This document shows positions 1 through 13,500 of a stretch of DNA of 64,000 nucleotides, in pieces. The stretch comes from Tubiluchus corallicola (lineage: Eukaryota > Animalia > Priapulida). The DNA is taken from positions 248,001-312,000 of the forward strand of contig JAQGDQ010000115.1 of NCBI GenBank assembly GCA_030141605.1. Direction: 5' to 3'. Within the stretch, counting starts at the first letter, position 1. Each line of letters starts with the position of its first letter. The position numbers and the translations under genes were made by a program. Under the pieces are notes generated by a model, which saw only the letters and a program-made list of their open reading frames with translations, was not told the origin of the DNA and did not search any database.

Positions 1-488
1 ATAATTATATAGGTACATTATATTTATAATTATGTACTTGAGCAATAAATTGAATTGAATAAAAAATTGAAGAGTACAAATTAATAAATGAAAATAGAGA
101 CGGGGTAACGAAAGACCTAAGCGGCCACCCTAAATGCATCTTACCTAGATATTTTGATATGGCAATCGCAATCAAAGCCAAAATAAAAATAAGCTTTTCA
201 TATTTTAAACAATAGTTATAACAGATTTGTTTTAGTGACTTAAAAATTACGACGACGACGGACCACGTGTGTTTGTTGTGCATTTTCAATCCCACAAGGC
301 AAAGTTAATATAACCAGAAAAATGTAAAATACTGTACAGAAGCAGACTAATAAAAGCAGTATCTTTATTTAATTTACCTAAGTTAAAAAAGACAATTTTT
401 GTCTTTTATGTCAGCGTTGTTTTTGGTTTTTCTAAAATTAAATTTCTGCTTTTTTACCCTCAATATAAAGAGCGCATTAGTAGTCAAA

Positions 489-3400
489 ATGTCAGCCCCC
501 TTTGACCTTGTTGTTAAATATGCTGGAAAACAGTACACTATTGCGAATCTAAAAGAGGGTGATACTATTGGTTCTCTTAAATCTTGTATTCAAGAGTGCA
601 CTGGCGTTTTGCCGGAGAGACAGAAATTACTGGGACTAAAACACAATGGTCAGTTACCGTTTGAGTTTTACTGATGTTTCACTTTGGTTAACTAGACTAA
701 GAGATTGTATTATTGAATTATGGAAGATTAGTTTACCAGAAAAATATGTCAGTTATGTATATAAAATGAATAAGCAAACGTGTATAAGGGTAATAAGGTG
801 TCACCAGCAAATTTCAAATTGGAGAAACTGTTAAGCAAGGTACGGTTTAGGGACCGGTGATGTGCAGTTTAAGTACAGACAAGTGTACCATATACTAGAG
901 AGTAGCGGAAAGGAAACTCGTGATGTTTGATGATAACGTTCATATAGATTTGAGAGTCTATGTGGATGATATTCCAGGATTTGGAAGCGAGGGAGTGGTC
1001 AAACAGATTGTTAATAATTGTAGATCCATGGAAAAGATAAAAAAGATAACATTTAATACAGATAAATCACAATGTATATAGACTGCATTTAAAAAGAAAA
1101 CTAGGACTGAGGTTGTAAAATTTTTAGTAATAAATGATGCTGTGGAAAGGGTGAGTCATTATGAAAATCTGGGTGATCATATAACTGAAAATGGAGGACA
1201 TGGAATGAGTATTGAAAAAAGGAGTGGAATTAAGCTTATTAATATTATTGTATCTGTCATATTACTCTGTATCCTGTTTAAAACAGAAACATGGGCTGAG
1301 TTAAACAAAACACAGTGGAAGCAAATTGAAAATTGGCAGAAAGATATACTATGTCTGCAAAGTCTCAAGGACTAACACTATGGCTGCTGAGATGGTAAAT
1401 GGTACTAACTATGTGTGTTCCCTGGTACAAGCATCCCTTTACTTATGGATGATCTTAAGCCCTATCGGCCAATGTGGGCGACTTAGATCAACTTATTTTA
1501 CAAAATGATTTCAATGAAACTGAAAAATGGTGCAATGAATAGCTGATGCAACTTAAGAGAAGCAAATGTTGCATATTACATGATAAATTTCAAATGCCAT
1601 ATTATATCAGTGATGGAGTTATAGAAGAGAAATCTGTTATACGTGATTTAGGCATCTACATATCCAATGACCTAAAGTGGAACACCCATGTTAATCATAT
1701 AATTGCTCAGGCTAATAGCCGAGTTGGTATGAACAAACTTTGTATCATTTCAAGACCTGCTAATGTAGTTCCTCTATAAAAAGTGGTTGCTCGTCCTATT
1801 TTAGAATTTGTATCAGTAGTGTGGTCACCACAGTATTTAACTCTGAAAGATGCATTGGAGAAAACCCAAGACAAATGTATGAGGTTAGTCCACGATGCAG
1901 ATCCTGCAGTGATGTCCACTTTCAAACAATGTCGACATACTGTTTATATTGTCAGTTTTGCAAGAGCAAGACTTCTTTTCAATACCACACAGAGAACTAC
2001 GAGGCCTTAATTCCAAATTTTTCATTGAATATAGTCGAACTAATATGCGTTCCTTTTTTTTTTTGCTTCTCGAGTAACCTATCCATGAAACTCACTGTGA
2101 AGTGATACTGTTATGCACTAGCTTTCGATAAATTTAAAATGAATCTGAGAAGGTACTATGCATGAGTTGAACTCTAGGTCCCGATTTCATTGTAAATAAG
2201 ATTGCACTAACTGTGTGTCACACTCATAGTCTGAGTTACTTAAATCATTGGTGATCTTCATAGTAAATGTGTGTAGCCCTGATAATGGAATGTTAACGAG
2301 TAGCACTCTTCAGGTTTTTTAGCACTTTTGGTTGATTTTTTTTGGCTTCTCCACCATTGTTGAGTTTCATTCGATTCCATTGATTTTGTTGTCACTTGCT
2401 TTTATGTTGGCTAGACTTCAGCTTGTGTATAATTTGTTTACATTCGATACGACATAATTATTTTGCGGATACATGTGAATCGATACTCGATTTCTATTTC
2501 AATACTTGAATTGTATCTATGATTTTGAAGAATTTATGCATAAAACAGAACTAATATGTAAAAAGCAAAAAGGAATGTGAAACTTATTATGCTGTACATA
2601 CATAACGGCTTGTTAATAGTGACTTGGTAATATTTTTAGCTTGCATTATATACAAAAACGTGTAATCATGCACATTGTATATTTTGTTTGATATTACAAC
2701 TACTCGTTATCGTGGAAATTTTTTCTCTCTCGTACTACTATACATTTTATAAAAGGTAGCAATTAATTTTATTTGTGATCACTAGTGTGCTGCTTTTTAT
2801 TTCATTTGATTTTGCCCAGTTTGCTTTTACTGCTCATTTATAAGCATCGACAGTATTAGCTTTAACTTGACTGAATAATGGTGAACCTGCAAGTGACGGA
2901 AAAGGATCTAACTCCATCTTGTAAATTTTTCTTGAGAATTCTGTGCAGTAATTGCCAGCAAGAGTGGTTGCATTACTCTGGCACTTGCTCTGACACTTAA
3001 AAAACTTTTTTGACATAAACTGCAATGACTGTCATCTGATATTTTTACAAAATAGTTTTTTTATGTGCCAGAATTTACAGATTGACAACTTATGTTCCGA
3101 GTGTCGCACCTGCTATCTGCTGAGTTTTACTAAATTTTATTATGAAATTGCCCACAAATGTCAAAAATTCGGAGCAATCAGGAGTTTTCAGAGTGAAATT
3201 GCATTGCAGCATATTAAAAATTTGGTCGAAATTGGCATCAGTACAATATCGTACACTTAAAGAGAAAAATAATTCTTTTGCATGTTTCCATATTTTTCAT
3301 TTTAGATTATTTGAATTTTATTAGAATTTATCTATTATTATATCTATATCTGTTCAATTTCTTCTTATACATTATGGCAAAACTTACTGGTTGGGCATTT

Positions 3401-6400
3401 CGAGTTTTCCTGTGACTTATTTCTGCAGCTGTTGTCGTAACAATAGAAAAATTATTGCAGTTTAGCAAGTGCACTTCCATCATAACTATATAGTCCTGCC
3501 TGTCCTTCACCTAAGGATAGAGCTAGGATGAACACTTGTTGTTTCTCATTTGCTTTAGTTAGGTAAATCTCTTGCTGAATGTACTGAAGAATATAGCTAT
3601 AGTATTAATAACAAGTATGATACAAATAAAAAAGTTTGTGTTGGTGTGGTGCAGCCACAAAAGCTAATTGCATTTTTATTTTTAGGTAAGCCTCCAGGAA
3701 ATGATGTTTGGCTATCAGAACTGAAACTGAAGCCTGGATCAAAAATAATGATGGTTGGTAGCAAAGAAGAAGCAATCGTAAGTCAGGTTACAGTCATATA
3801 AAAATGACAGTGTGTTTCAGAAGTCCCTTCCTAATTTGATTTTTTATATTACAGTGGCTGCTCATAGTTAAAATTAGTGGGGCGCTGCTTCAGAAAATTT
3901 TTAGTTATTGTTTGAATATTGGGTAAAATGAAACAAACATATTGAAAGAATCCTAAGTCAAAATTTTGTCAAAAAAAAGCGATACATTACACTTGCACAA
4001 CAGGGTGGGCACTGCATAAGCGACAGTGCTCTCCCTCTACCTGGCGTGCAGCTTCTTATCTCGGACATGTGTACATGGCCACATGCGCACAATAGCCTAA
4101 CACCACGTTGCTGGAACTGTGAAGCTCACAGTTCCACACAAGGATTTTTGTAATTTTTTCATGAACTTCGGAATGGCTACGAACATTAAGCGTAATGATT
4201 ATGTAATATACAAGTATAAAGAAAGAATTAAAGAAAAAAGATTCGTTATATTGAATGTTATCGATAATATCGACTGAAAATAGGCGGTGCTGCTGTGCCT
4301 AATACACGAGCCACCACTGTTTAATTTTCTTTATAGCTAATCTATGATTCTCATCTTGTGATGAACCATTTCCCTACTCAGTAACTAAGAATTTTTTTCA
4401 ATTTACTTTTAAAGTTTTGTGTTACTATGCTGACTCTAAAGCAGAGGTGAAAAATCAATGCTTGACTGTAGACATACATAGAAAAAAGCTTATGAAGTGA
4501 AAATCTCATGCCATCAAAATTCCCAAGTTCCAGGTATGGTAAAATGCCATGTACCAACTGTATTACACATCTGTCATATACAACTGTAGCAGTATTTTGT
4601 ATAGCAAGTTTTTTAAATACTTTCTCAACTAGGCAGATGCTCAGGAACTACCTCCACCAGAAGCTGATGATGTTGTCAATGATTTAGATATTGAGGAGGA
4701 AGAAATCTCAACGGAAAACAGGTCGAGCTTTTTTATCATAATTTATGTGTGCTGATGGAGTTTGTCACATTCACTTTAACTAACTGCTTTATTTACTAAT
4801 AGCTATTTAACCAGTTTTTGTACAGTTTAATGACAAGATGTTAATTTATGAAGATTTTGCTTGTTTTTGCTCTAAATTATTCAAACATTAAGGAAAAGGA
4901 TTAGTCACTCAGTATGTTAGGTTTATTTTACTGTTAAACTTAAACTTAAAAAACATAACAGAGAAATTTGCATGTAACTGTCTATAAAACATAAATTTAA
5001 AATATATTACTGCTGAATAGAAATATATATATATGCACTGTGGTTACTGCTATTCACTTGAAAATCAAGACTTAACTGGGAGACTTTGTTACTTTTCATA
5101 AGCAAATCGTGGCTTTCTGTAAGTGTGCACTGCTTAAACTGATTCAAACTACTGCAGCTTACCTAATGTTCGCACAAAAAAATTACAATATTTTTTTGTA
5201 AAAACTTATCATACTTTTTGACGAAGATTGACAGTGCGCTGATTTTCTTCAGGACTTCATTGGAAGAAGAATGGGTATTAAAAATGGAAGCGCCCAAGCA
5301 TGAAATGATCGCAACTTTAAGTGATTTTACTAATTATACGAGGCGCTTATTTCAGTTTTATTACTAAATCCTTCTAACATTTTTTGCAAACGTTGAAAAC
5401 TTCCCAGAAGGCTTGGCCATTCATTTATTGAATATTAAAATCGGTAATCGTAATCTTGAAAAGATACCTAGCATAAAATATTAATAAAACAAATAATTTC
5501 AATGCTTGCATTATATAGATTTGTTACATTCTATAAAACTTTCAACTTCAAAGTTTCAAACTTCACTGTTGAGCTACTGGTTAAGCCTTTGAATTTGCTT
5601 TTATTCAATTTAAAAATAAATTATGTATTTCCAAAATCAATGAACATCACATATGTTAACATTGTAATTGTGAAAAGTATGCTTTGGTATTGGTAGCTTT
5701 GGTATGTTTTGCTTTTTAAACTTATCGACATTGTTTTGCAGAGAGGAATTTCTACAGAAAGTTGCTAAAAGGGTTAGTGATATAAAAATCAATGTACTAA
5801 ATGAACCTCGGCCTGGGTGGAAACTACTAGTTCTAGATATAGATTATACAATTTTTGGTAAGTAAATCTTCTCCAGTTTTTAGTAATTCCTTTTAGTGTG
5901 TTGAAGTCCTTAAAGTTCACTGTAGAGCTGATTCTTTCATCTAAACAATACTGGTGCTGGCTAACACCCGAGTGGGTGACAATATTTGTTCCGTGGATGA
6001 ATTGATTATTTTTGTTTTGAAAATGTGTAAACTTTTTCAAACACCTAGAGATTTCTGCAGAGTTTAAGAGAATCCGCCCATTGACCATATCGTATTAAAA
6101 TAATGTTTCAGTTTTTGTATACCTAAACCTTAGTAGAAAGTAGTTTTCACTAATTTTTCAACTTTCAGATCATAAATCAACTGCTCAGTCTGGACAGGAG
6201 CTGATGCGACCTTATCTTCATGAATTCCTCACATGTGCTTACGAAGACTACGACATCGTGATATGGTGTAAGTGCCGAAGTCACACTTCTTAAGTTTTTA
6301 TGAGACACAACTAATGTGTGAAAGTTGACAGGTCTGTAATTATGACCTTAAAGGTCAAATTTAACGTGAAATTTTTTTCACCTCGGGTGTTGTCAAACAA

Positions 6401-7455
6401 AAATGCTGACAAGGGATAAAGAAAAGAAAATTTTACCAGTTAAAAAAATGTTTTCTTTAATTAAAATAAATAAATGTGACTTAAAATTTGACGCTAATTT
6501 TGTTAACATTTCATGGCTTCCTTCCTAATGACATCGGGCCTTGAAGTTGCATTTTTCCTCAAAACATTTTGTTCGGTTTTGCTCCCAAATCGCAGGCTAA
6601 ACAATTTTGGTAACAACTAACAAAGACTTCCTTGGACACTGTGTTGCTTCTGTGATGCTAACTTTGTAAACATTGATACACAGCAAAGTGTGATAATTAA
6701 ACGTAAATGCTGCTATAACTATGGCCTTAATTTTGCTGTTGTCATCTAATGAGCAAAATCCGTGAAAGTTCCAGAGTCCATTTGGAAATGAAACCTTCAC
6801 ATCCAAGTTCTTCTTATATAAGTGACAAAGAAAAAGTAAAAAACATTAGAAAATCTTAGTTAGAACATTTTCTTTCTATTTTTGTGTAAAACTGAAATTT
6901 CCCTAAGTACACTGTATTTGACATTTAAACATCATTAGGGTTCTTTATTGGGTATCAGTTTTTGCATTGCATCCCTAAGACCGCTGAAGCCAAGGCTAGA
7001 AAACCTGGCACATGGGTAGTACTAACGGGCAGAAAAATTATTATAGCATTCTGACTTCACTCTCAAACAATTCATTTGCCATTAAATTAATTCACTCTGT
7101 GCGCACCCTTAATTAGATAGGGAATTTATTATAGTCGGGTGACTAACTGGTTTTGCCTTTGTTATTTATCCAGTCGTTTAGACCATTTGCTGTACTAACT
7201 ATAAAGTGAAGTAATTTATTCATCTTTCTACTAATCTGTTTTAGCCGCTACAAGCATGAAGTGGATAGAAGCTAAAATGCAAGAGCTTTCCGTAACTAAC
7301 AACCAGAATTTCAAGATTTCCTTCATGTTAGACAGTGCAGCCATGATAACTGTTCATACTCAGAAGTACGGTCTTGTGGAGGTGAGGAAAAGCCAGTAGA
7401 ATCTCGAATTACTTACTTGTGTGTTGATGCCTGATCTCCTAATAACTTTACTTAG

Positions 7456-7518
<63 letters not shown>

Positions 7519-10500
7519 TAGATTTTAACTTTTGGTTTACCTACAAAGCTACAGACGACGTAACTGTTGGCCAGAGACACAAAAATAATCTCAAAACTGC
7601 AATGTATATAATTACTACATTCATTATTTACGACATTAAGTACTACATTATTTACTACAGTGAAATTCATTTTAATATAATAAACCGATCTGCAAATGTC
7701 AACTAAAGGAAAGGTCAAGTAATTTAGCATGTTGGGTTTGTTTTACTGCTATCACTTAAACTTATAACAAAAAGAATATAACAAAAGAATTTGCGAAAAA
7801 GCTTTTTATTAAACTTAAATTTAATATATATTTTCATTTTAAAGAAATTTTTTGGCACTGTGGTAGCCATTCACTTGAAAAAATTTATGACGTAACTGGT
7901 ACACTTCTTGACTGTCCCTAATCTCGTCGTGGCTTTCCATAAGTGTGCACTGCTTAAACTAACTCAAACTTCTGCAGCTAGTCAAATGTTCATACAAAAA
8001 TATCAGAAAATAGATATCTAAATTTTGTAAAAGCTTATTATACTTTTGACAGAAATTAATTCAGTTGATCAGTGTCATCATTGATTGAAAAATGGGCGTT
8101 CCAAATTGTGCCCACGCGTGATTTTTTTGCAGTTTGAAGTTTATTTATTCCAAATGCCAATACACAGCACTATCTTATACAAAGGACACAATAATGAGAT
8201 AACATCAGTCATTATCTTAAATAAGCTATAGCCTAACGATAAATTATAGTGAGCAGTACAATTGATTATTTGCTCAGACCGCAAGATAAACGTATAAGAT
8301 GTGAGCAAATGTGGTGACTTAAAGCCATTGTACTAATTACACATGGTGCTTGTCGCTCTGTTATTATTAAATCCTAACATTTTTGCAAACATTAAAATAA
8401 GCAGGGCCAGAGTATCCTATAGGATAGCATAGGCTGCAGCCGACGGCATCTCAAGCTTTGGTAACACTTGGTAAAATAATCTGTTTTTACTCTACGGTTG
8501 TGTTGAAACATGTGCTAATTTGGTTTGTAATAAATAGTAAAATATTGGTATTTCTGAAAGAACATTTATGTTTGCAAACAAAAGACAGCTATTTTACAAA
8601 AAAATGCAATACGTTTAAATCAAGCTATGCAAATGAAGCTGAAATATCTCTTAAATAAAAAATATTCAAGATGAGTGCAGGCATTTTAGAGGGTGGTTCC
8701 ATCTGAGGACGCCCCAAAATTTCATTAGCCTAGGAGCCCAAAATTTATAATCCGGCCTTAGAAACAAGTCTAACTTCCCAGAAGACTTGACCTTTCCTTT
8801 AATATAAATTTAAAACCTTCAAGGAGTGTTAAAGCCATCCTAAATTTCATTCCCCGACAGAATTTTATATAGAATTGCTGTAGCAAATCCGCATGTTGTT
8901 TTCTTTTAGTTAATGAATCAAGAATTAGTCTCACTGATAAATGAACTTGAAACTGAGAATAAAAGTAATTGATATTATTCTTTCAGTAACAAATTATAGC
9001 TACAAATTATTGATCAGTTTTATTCTACTACCACAGTATTGTGTTTACAGGTTAAGCCACTGGGTGTAATTTGGGGAAAGTTTCCACAGTACACCAGCAA
9101 AAACACCATCATGTTTGACGATGTGAGGCGTAATTTTCTCATGAATCCGCAAAATGGTCTGAAGGTGAGGTAAAAATGTGTTACAGACTAATGCTGCTTT
9201 AACATATGAATAATTTGTGACTTGGAAGCCTTTTACTAAACCTGTCTTCATATTTTTCCTTTCTAACAGTAGCCCATTAGCTTCATCATCCTTCTTTGGG
9301 ACAATTTTTATCAAAATGTGTAGAAACAAATTTTCAATAAATTATTGATTTGGGATGGTAACAATAATTATCTGTATCAATTATCGCATTGATAGGAAAA
9401 ATTTGCTTTTATCGTTATCATATTGATATTATTGTAGAAACATCGTTATTGTATCGAATTTGGCATGTATCATTGCTTATCACTTACCTTTGTAAAATCG
9501 CTTCACTTTTTTCTATTTATTTACAGTAATTACACAAAGAAGTGGATGAAAAAAATTATTTAAAATTATAAGTTTGTCAGATGTTGAATAATTTTCTTGT
9601 AGTTTCGCCTGGCAATAAAGACCCCTTTTTGCACTCTGGTTCTGACGCACGGATGTCAAATACACTGTACTATATTTTTAGTGTCACTTTCCCGTTCATG
9701 TGCAGCTTGCATAGATAAATATTTTTATTGCAGTAATATGTTTATCGCAGTTTACTTATTTATGAATCATTACAATAAACAAACTTGCATTTCATAACTA
9801 GCAGCCATTTAAGTGTCAGCAATAAATGTTCTGAAGCACTTAATAATTTTAATTATTAATGATACTTTTTCTGTTGTTACATAAATTATCTACTTTCAGT
9901 ATTGTTTTTATCATTCAAAATGATTTATTGTATCATTAAAAAAAGTATCATATCGTGTCGTTATTGTATTGTGAATTTGCATCGTATAACATCCCTATGT
10001 TGATTTTTTTGTTTTGTGATAAATATTACACTTTTTTGCATACTTTGACACACTGCAGGCCCATCACTCATACGCAATTTGTGGCATGACAGAGTCTGCC
10101 TTGCTATCAAGGATATCGCTCTAAAATGAGCTACTGAACTGACAGGAGTGGCTCAGCCATGTTCAGATGTATGTACACCCTCTCTCTGCAAAGTGAAAAT
10201 ACTAAACTAACACACACAAACACACACACACACACACGCACCACTTGTCTGTCTGTCAAGCCACAAACACAAATAAGGTAGCAATAAGCACATGAAAAGT
10301 CCATTATGACAACCTGAGCCTTTTTGTTCTAAAAATCCAGTAGTAGAAATACGTTAGCAGAATCTTATTAAAGTGTTAAGACTGGAAAATAACACGATTC
10401 TCTTCGTGTAGAACCACCTGTGTTTTCTGTAAATTTGATTTTCTCGTAAGACTTTAAAAGTATCAAACTTCATTAAGAAGATGCACAACACTGACATAAG

Positions 10501-13500
10501 TACATAATTGGACCAGCCAGCCCAGAATCCTTTTACAGAGCAAACCAAAAAGTTTCACTATTATTAATAGTCTGTGAATGTCACTTTGTACGCCTGTGGC
10601 AAGATAGTCTGGCAACTTTCTGCGTATAAAAGCAGCAGTCTGTACGGTTTAACATGCTTCCTTTCTAGCTAGTTAATGAAATGGTTTTCTTGGCATCCTG
10701 CTTTTAATTTAAAGAGCTGGACTGTTTTTTTGGTATAACTGCAGCCCACACAAACTCACATAGTCCAAACAACATGGCTACTGCTGTTTTGCTGAGTGAA
10801 ACTCTTGAAGTTACCAAACGAAAAATAAGTGCATCCTAATAGCCGAGGAAGTGCATATTTAAATTGTAATAATTATTTAAAAACTTCAGTTCACGATTAC
10901 GGTCAAAATGATGGGAGAACTGAACAACATTTCAACAAATACTAGCCTGGTATCTGAAGAAACAGGCATCTTAGAGGAGATCTTGAAATATCGAGAAATA
11001 ATATGTGTGACTCCTGTTGGTACTCTGACAGTGTTTCTCAATCTGCTTGTGATTCTCTCTGTAATCAAGTTCAAAAACTTGCAGACGTTCACCAACAAAT
11101 TTCTGGCCTGCTTGGCTGCAACAGACTTGCTGTGGGGTTTTATGTCGCTGGCGTTAGCTTTATCTTTCATGATAAATCAGCATGGAAGTGCATTGCAGTG
11201 TTCTATCATCGCCCTGCTGTCCGTGTTTTGTATCCTCTCTGGTCAAGGATTCCTTGTGCTGGTCACTCGCGACAGACATCTGGCAGTAACTCAGGCAGTC
11301 AGATACAGAATGCTGATGAACACGATAGGTAATAGTACTACTAATACACCAGAAGTTATAGTCTACTGCGCTTCTTGTATAAACAACCATGAATCTATAA
11401 TAGAGACGGGTAGGACTATACTGTCAGTCTAGGCCATGTAATGTCTTGATACACCCCTGATTAGATCTAGAATATACAGAATTAGATATATAACATTGGA
11501 TTCACATTTTAGGCTAATAAGGCTATAGCCTTGGGTCTAAATTTTGATAGGCTGTCAAAGTCCTAAGACCGATGATCATTAAACAGAGAAAATGCTATTT
11601 AGTAAACATGATGACAAAATTAATTAAACTGAATAATGCTAGAGACAAGTCTCTTCTTTTTTTTGTGCATTGCCAATTTGCCAGTACGTCTATTGTGCAC
11701 AAAATATTTCATGTTCAACTATTTGGCCCACATATTTGGGCAAAGGATGCAATGCTTTGCTACAAAGCATTTGGACAGGTATTCTTGGACACATAGGTTG
11801 TTTGGACAGAAAAGGCCAAATCAACTCTTAGATTCTTTTGACAAAAGAATTCAACACTCATAATAGAGGACATTTACACATGTTCAGCATATTTCTCTTT
11901 GCCCAACGTTTTAGAATCTTCATCAGAGGTAGCCTCAATGACAAACAGTAACACCTCAGTGGCGAGGAGAGAGAGCAAAAGTGTTGGTTATTCCAGGCGA
12001 GAAAGCATAATAACCAAAATCATTTCCATTCATCACAAGTAAAGACAAAAGCTGTTGATATGTCTATGCAAAAACTGAAGAAGAGCTCTGCATAGGGTTC
12101 CCAGATTAGAAAATTAGAAATATTGGACACACTTAAAATCTCTTTCTGTATGTACAGATATAAATTTATACATGCCTAACGCCCATACCAATATATTATG
12201 TAAAAGTAAAGACAAGTTAAAAACATTAAACAAGGATTTTAATGGGTTATGAGGAAAACAAAAAGTAAAATCATTTGAAAATTGTTTAATACAAGCTCAA
12301 AAAAGGTCTGTAAAGTGAAGTCATTTGAATATATTTATTTAATACAGACAACAGAGAAATATTATTATTACTTAATCGTTACATATGGGTTATTTTCATC
12401 AAGAGAATCTGAGAAAAGGAAGAATAATTGTTCAAAAAGTTACTACTAGGAACATAAGAAGGTAGTAAAAGTACATTTTTATCATGAAATTTGGAAATGA
12501 ACCAAATACGGGACAATGGATGTCGCGGTCAGTACGGGACGGGGGACAAAATGATCAAATATGGGACATGTCCCGTATATAAGGGACATCTGGCAATCCT
12601 AACTCCGTAATAATTGACAGCTTTATAGTTCCCGAGATGTCTGATGGTAATCTGACCCGTGACATGAGTCACTTTGTTCAGGCCTCTTGTTTGTTGTTAG
12701 CCTTAGACCAGTGAAACTCTTAATCCGCAAATGTTTTCAGATAGTTGTAGTAAAAATAAACACCAAAATATTCCCAGAGATAAAAAATAAAAATGAGTTT
12801 CTTACTTGCCTAGTTAGCAAATGAGTGCTGAAAAATATCTGTTTTTTATATTTGCAGATTCGTCCATTTAGACAAGCTCATCTGAATCGTGATAAAGACA
12901 GAGAGTTGGTATACCTTAGCCAATATTTGAAGGACATTTCTGAACTTGATGATTTCTCGCAACTTGATCATGGGCAATGGGAAAAGTATGATTAAAATCT
13001 GTTTTCTATTTTTTTTTGTTTAATTAGTGGCAGTTGGCTGGTTTTTTGGGTTATCTGTGCATTTATTAGATCTAGGCATGTCAGTCAGTACTCAAAGTGA
13101 GAGAAAGCACTTTTTATTCTCTAAAGCGAATTTTCCGAGGCTCCGGAATGTGTTATTGCATATGCAGCTGCGTATAAACAAAAAATAACATAGAGCTGAT
13201 AATTTGCTGAAGCTGAAAACACAGAACTGAAAACTATATAAAATGATTTTTATCTATAACACAATAACTCATACACAATAACGCACATGCAGTAACGTGC
13301 GACATATTACGGATGTCTGGTAACTGTTGCTTAAGATGATATTATTTCATTCACTAAGACTTGTGTCTTATGACCTGTGTCAGTCTTTGAGGAATTTGCT
13401 GAATCAATAAATTTTCTCTTTGACCAAGTGCCTTTGACTAATATTGCTAATAGTTCAGCTTAAAAAATGTTGCTCATTGGTGCCTTGTACTTTCTTTTAT

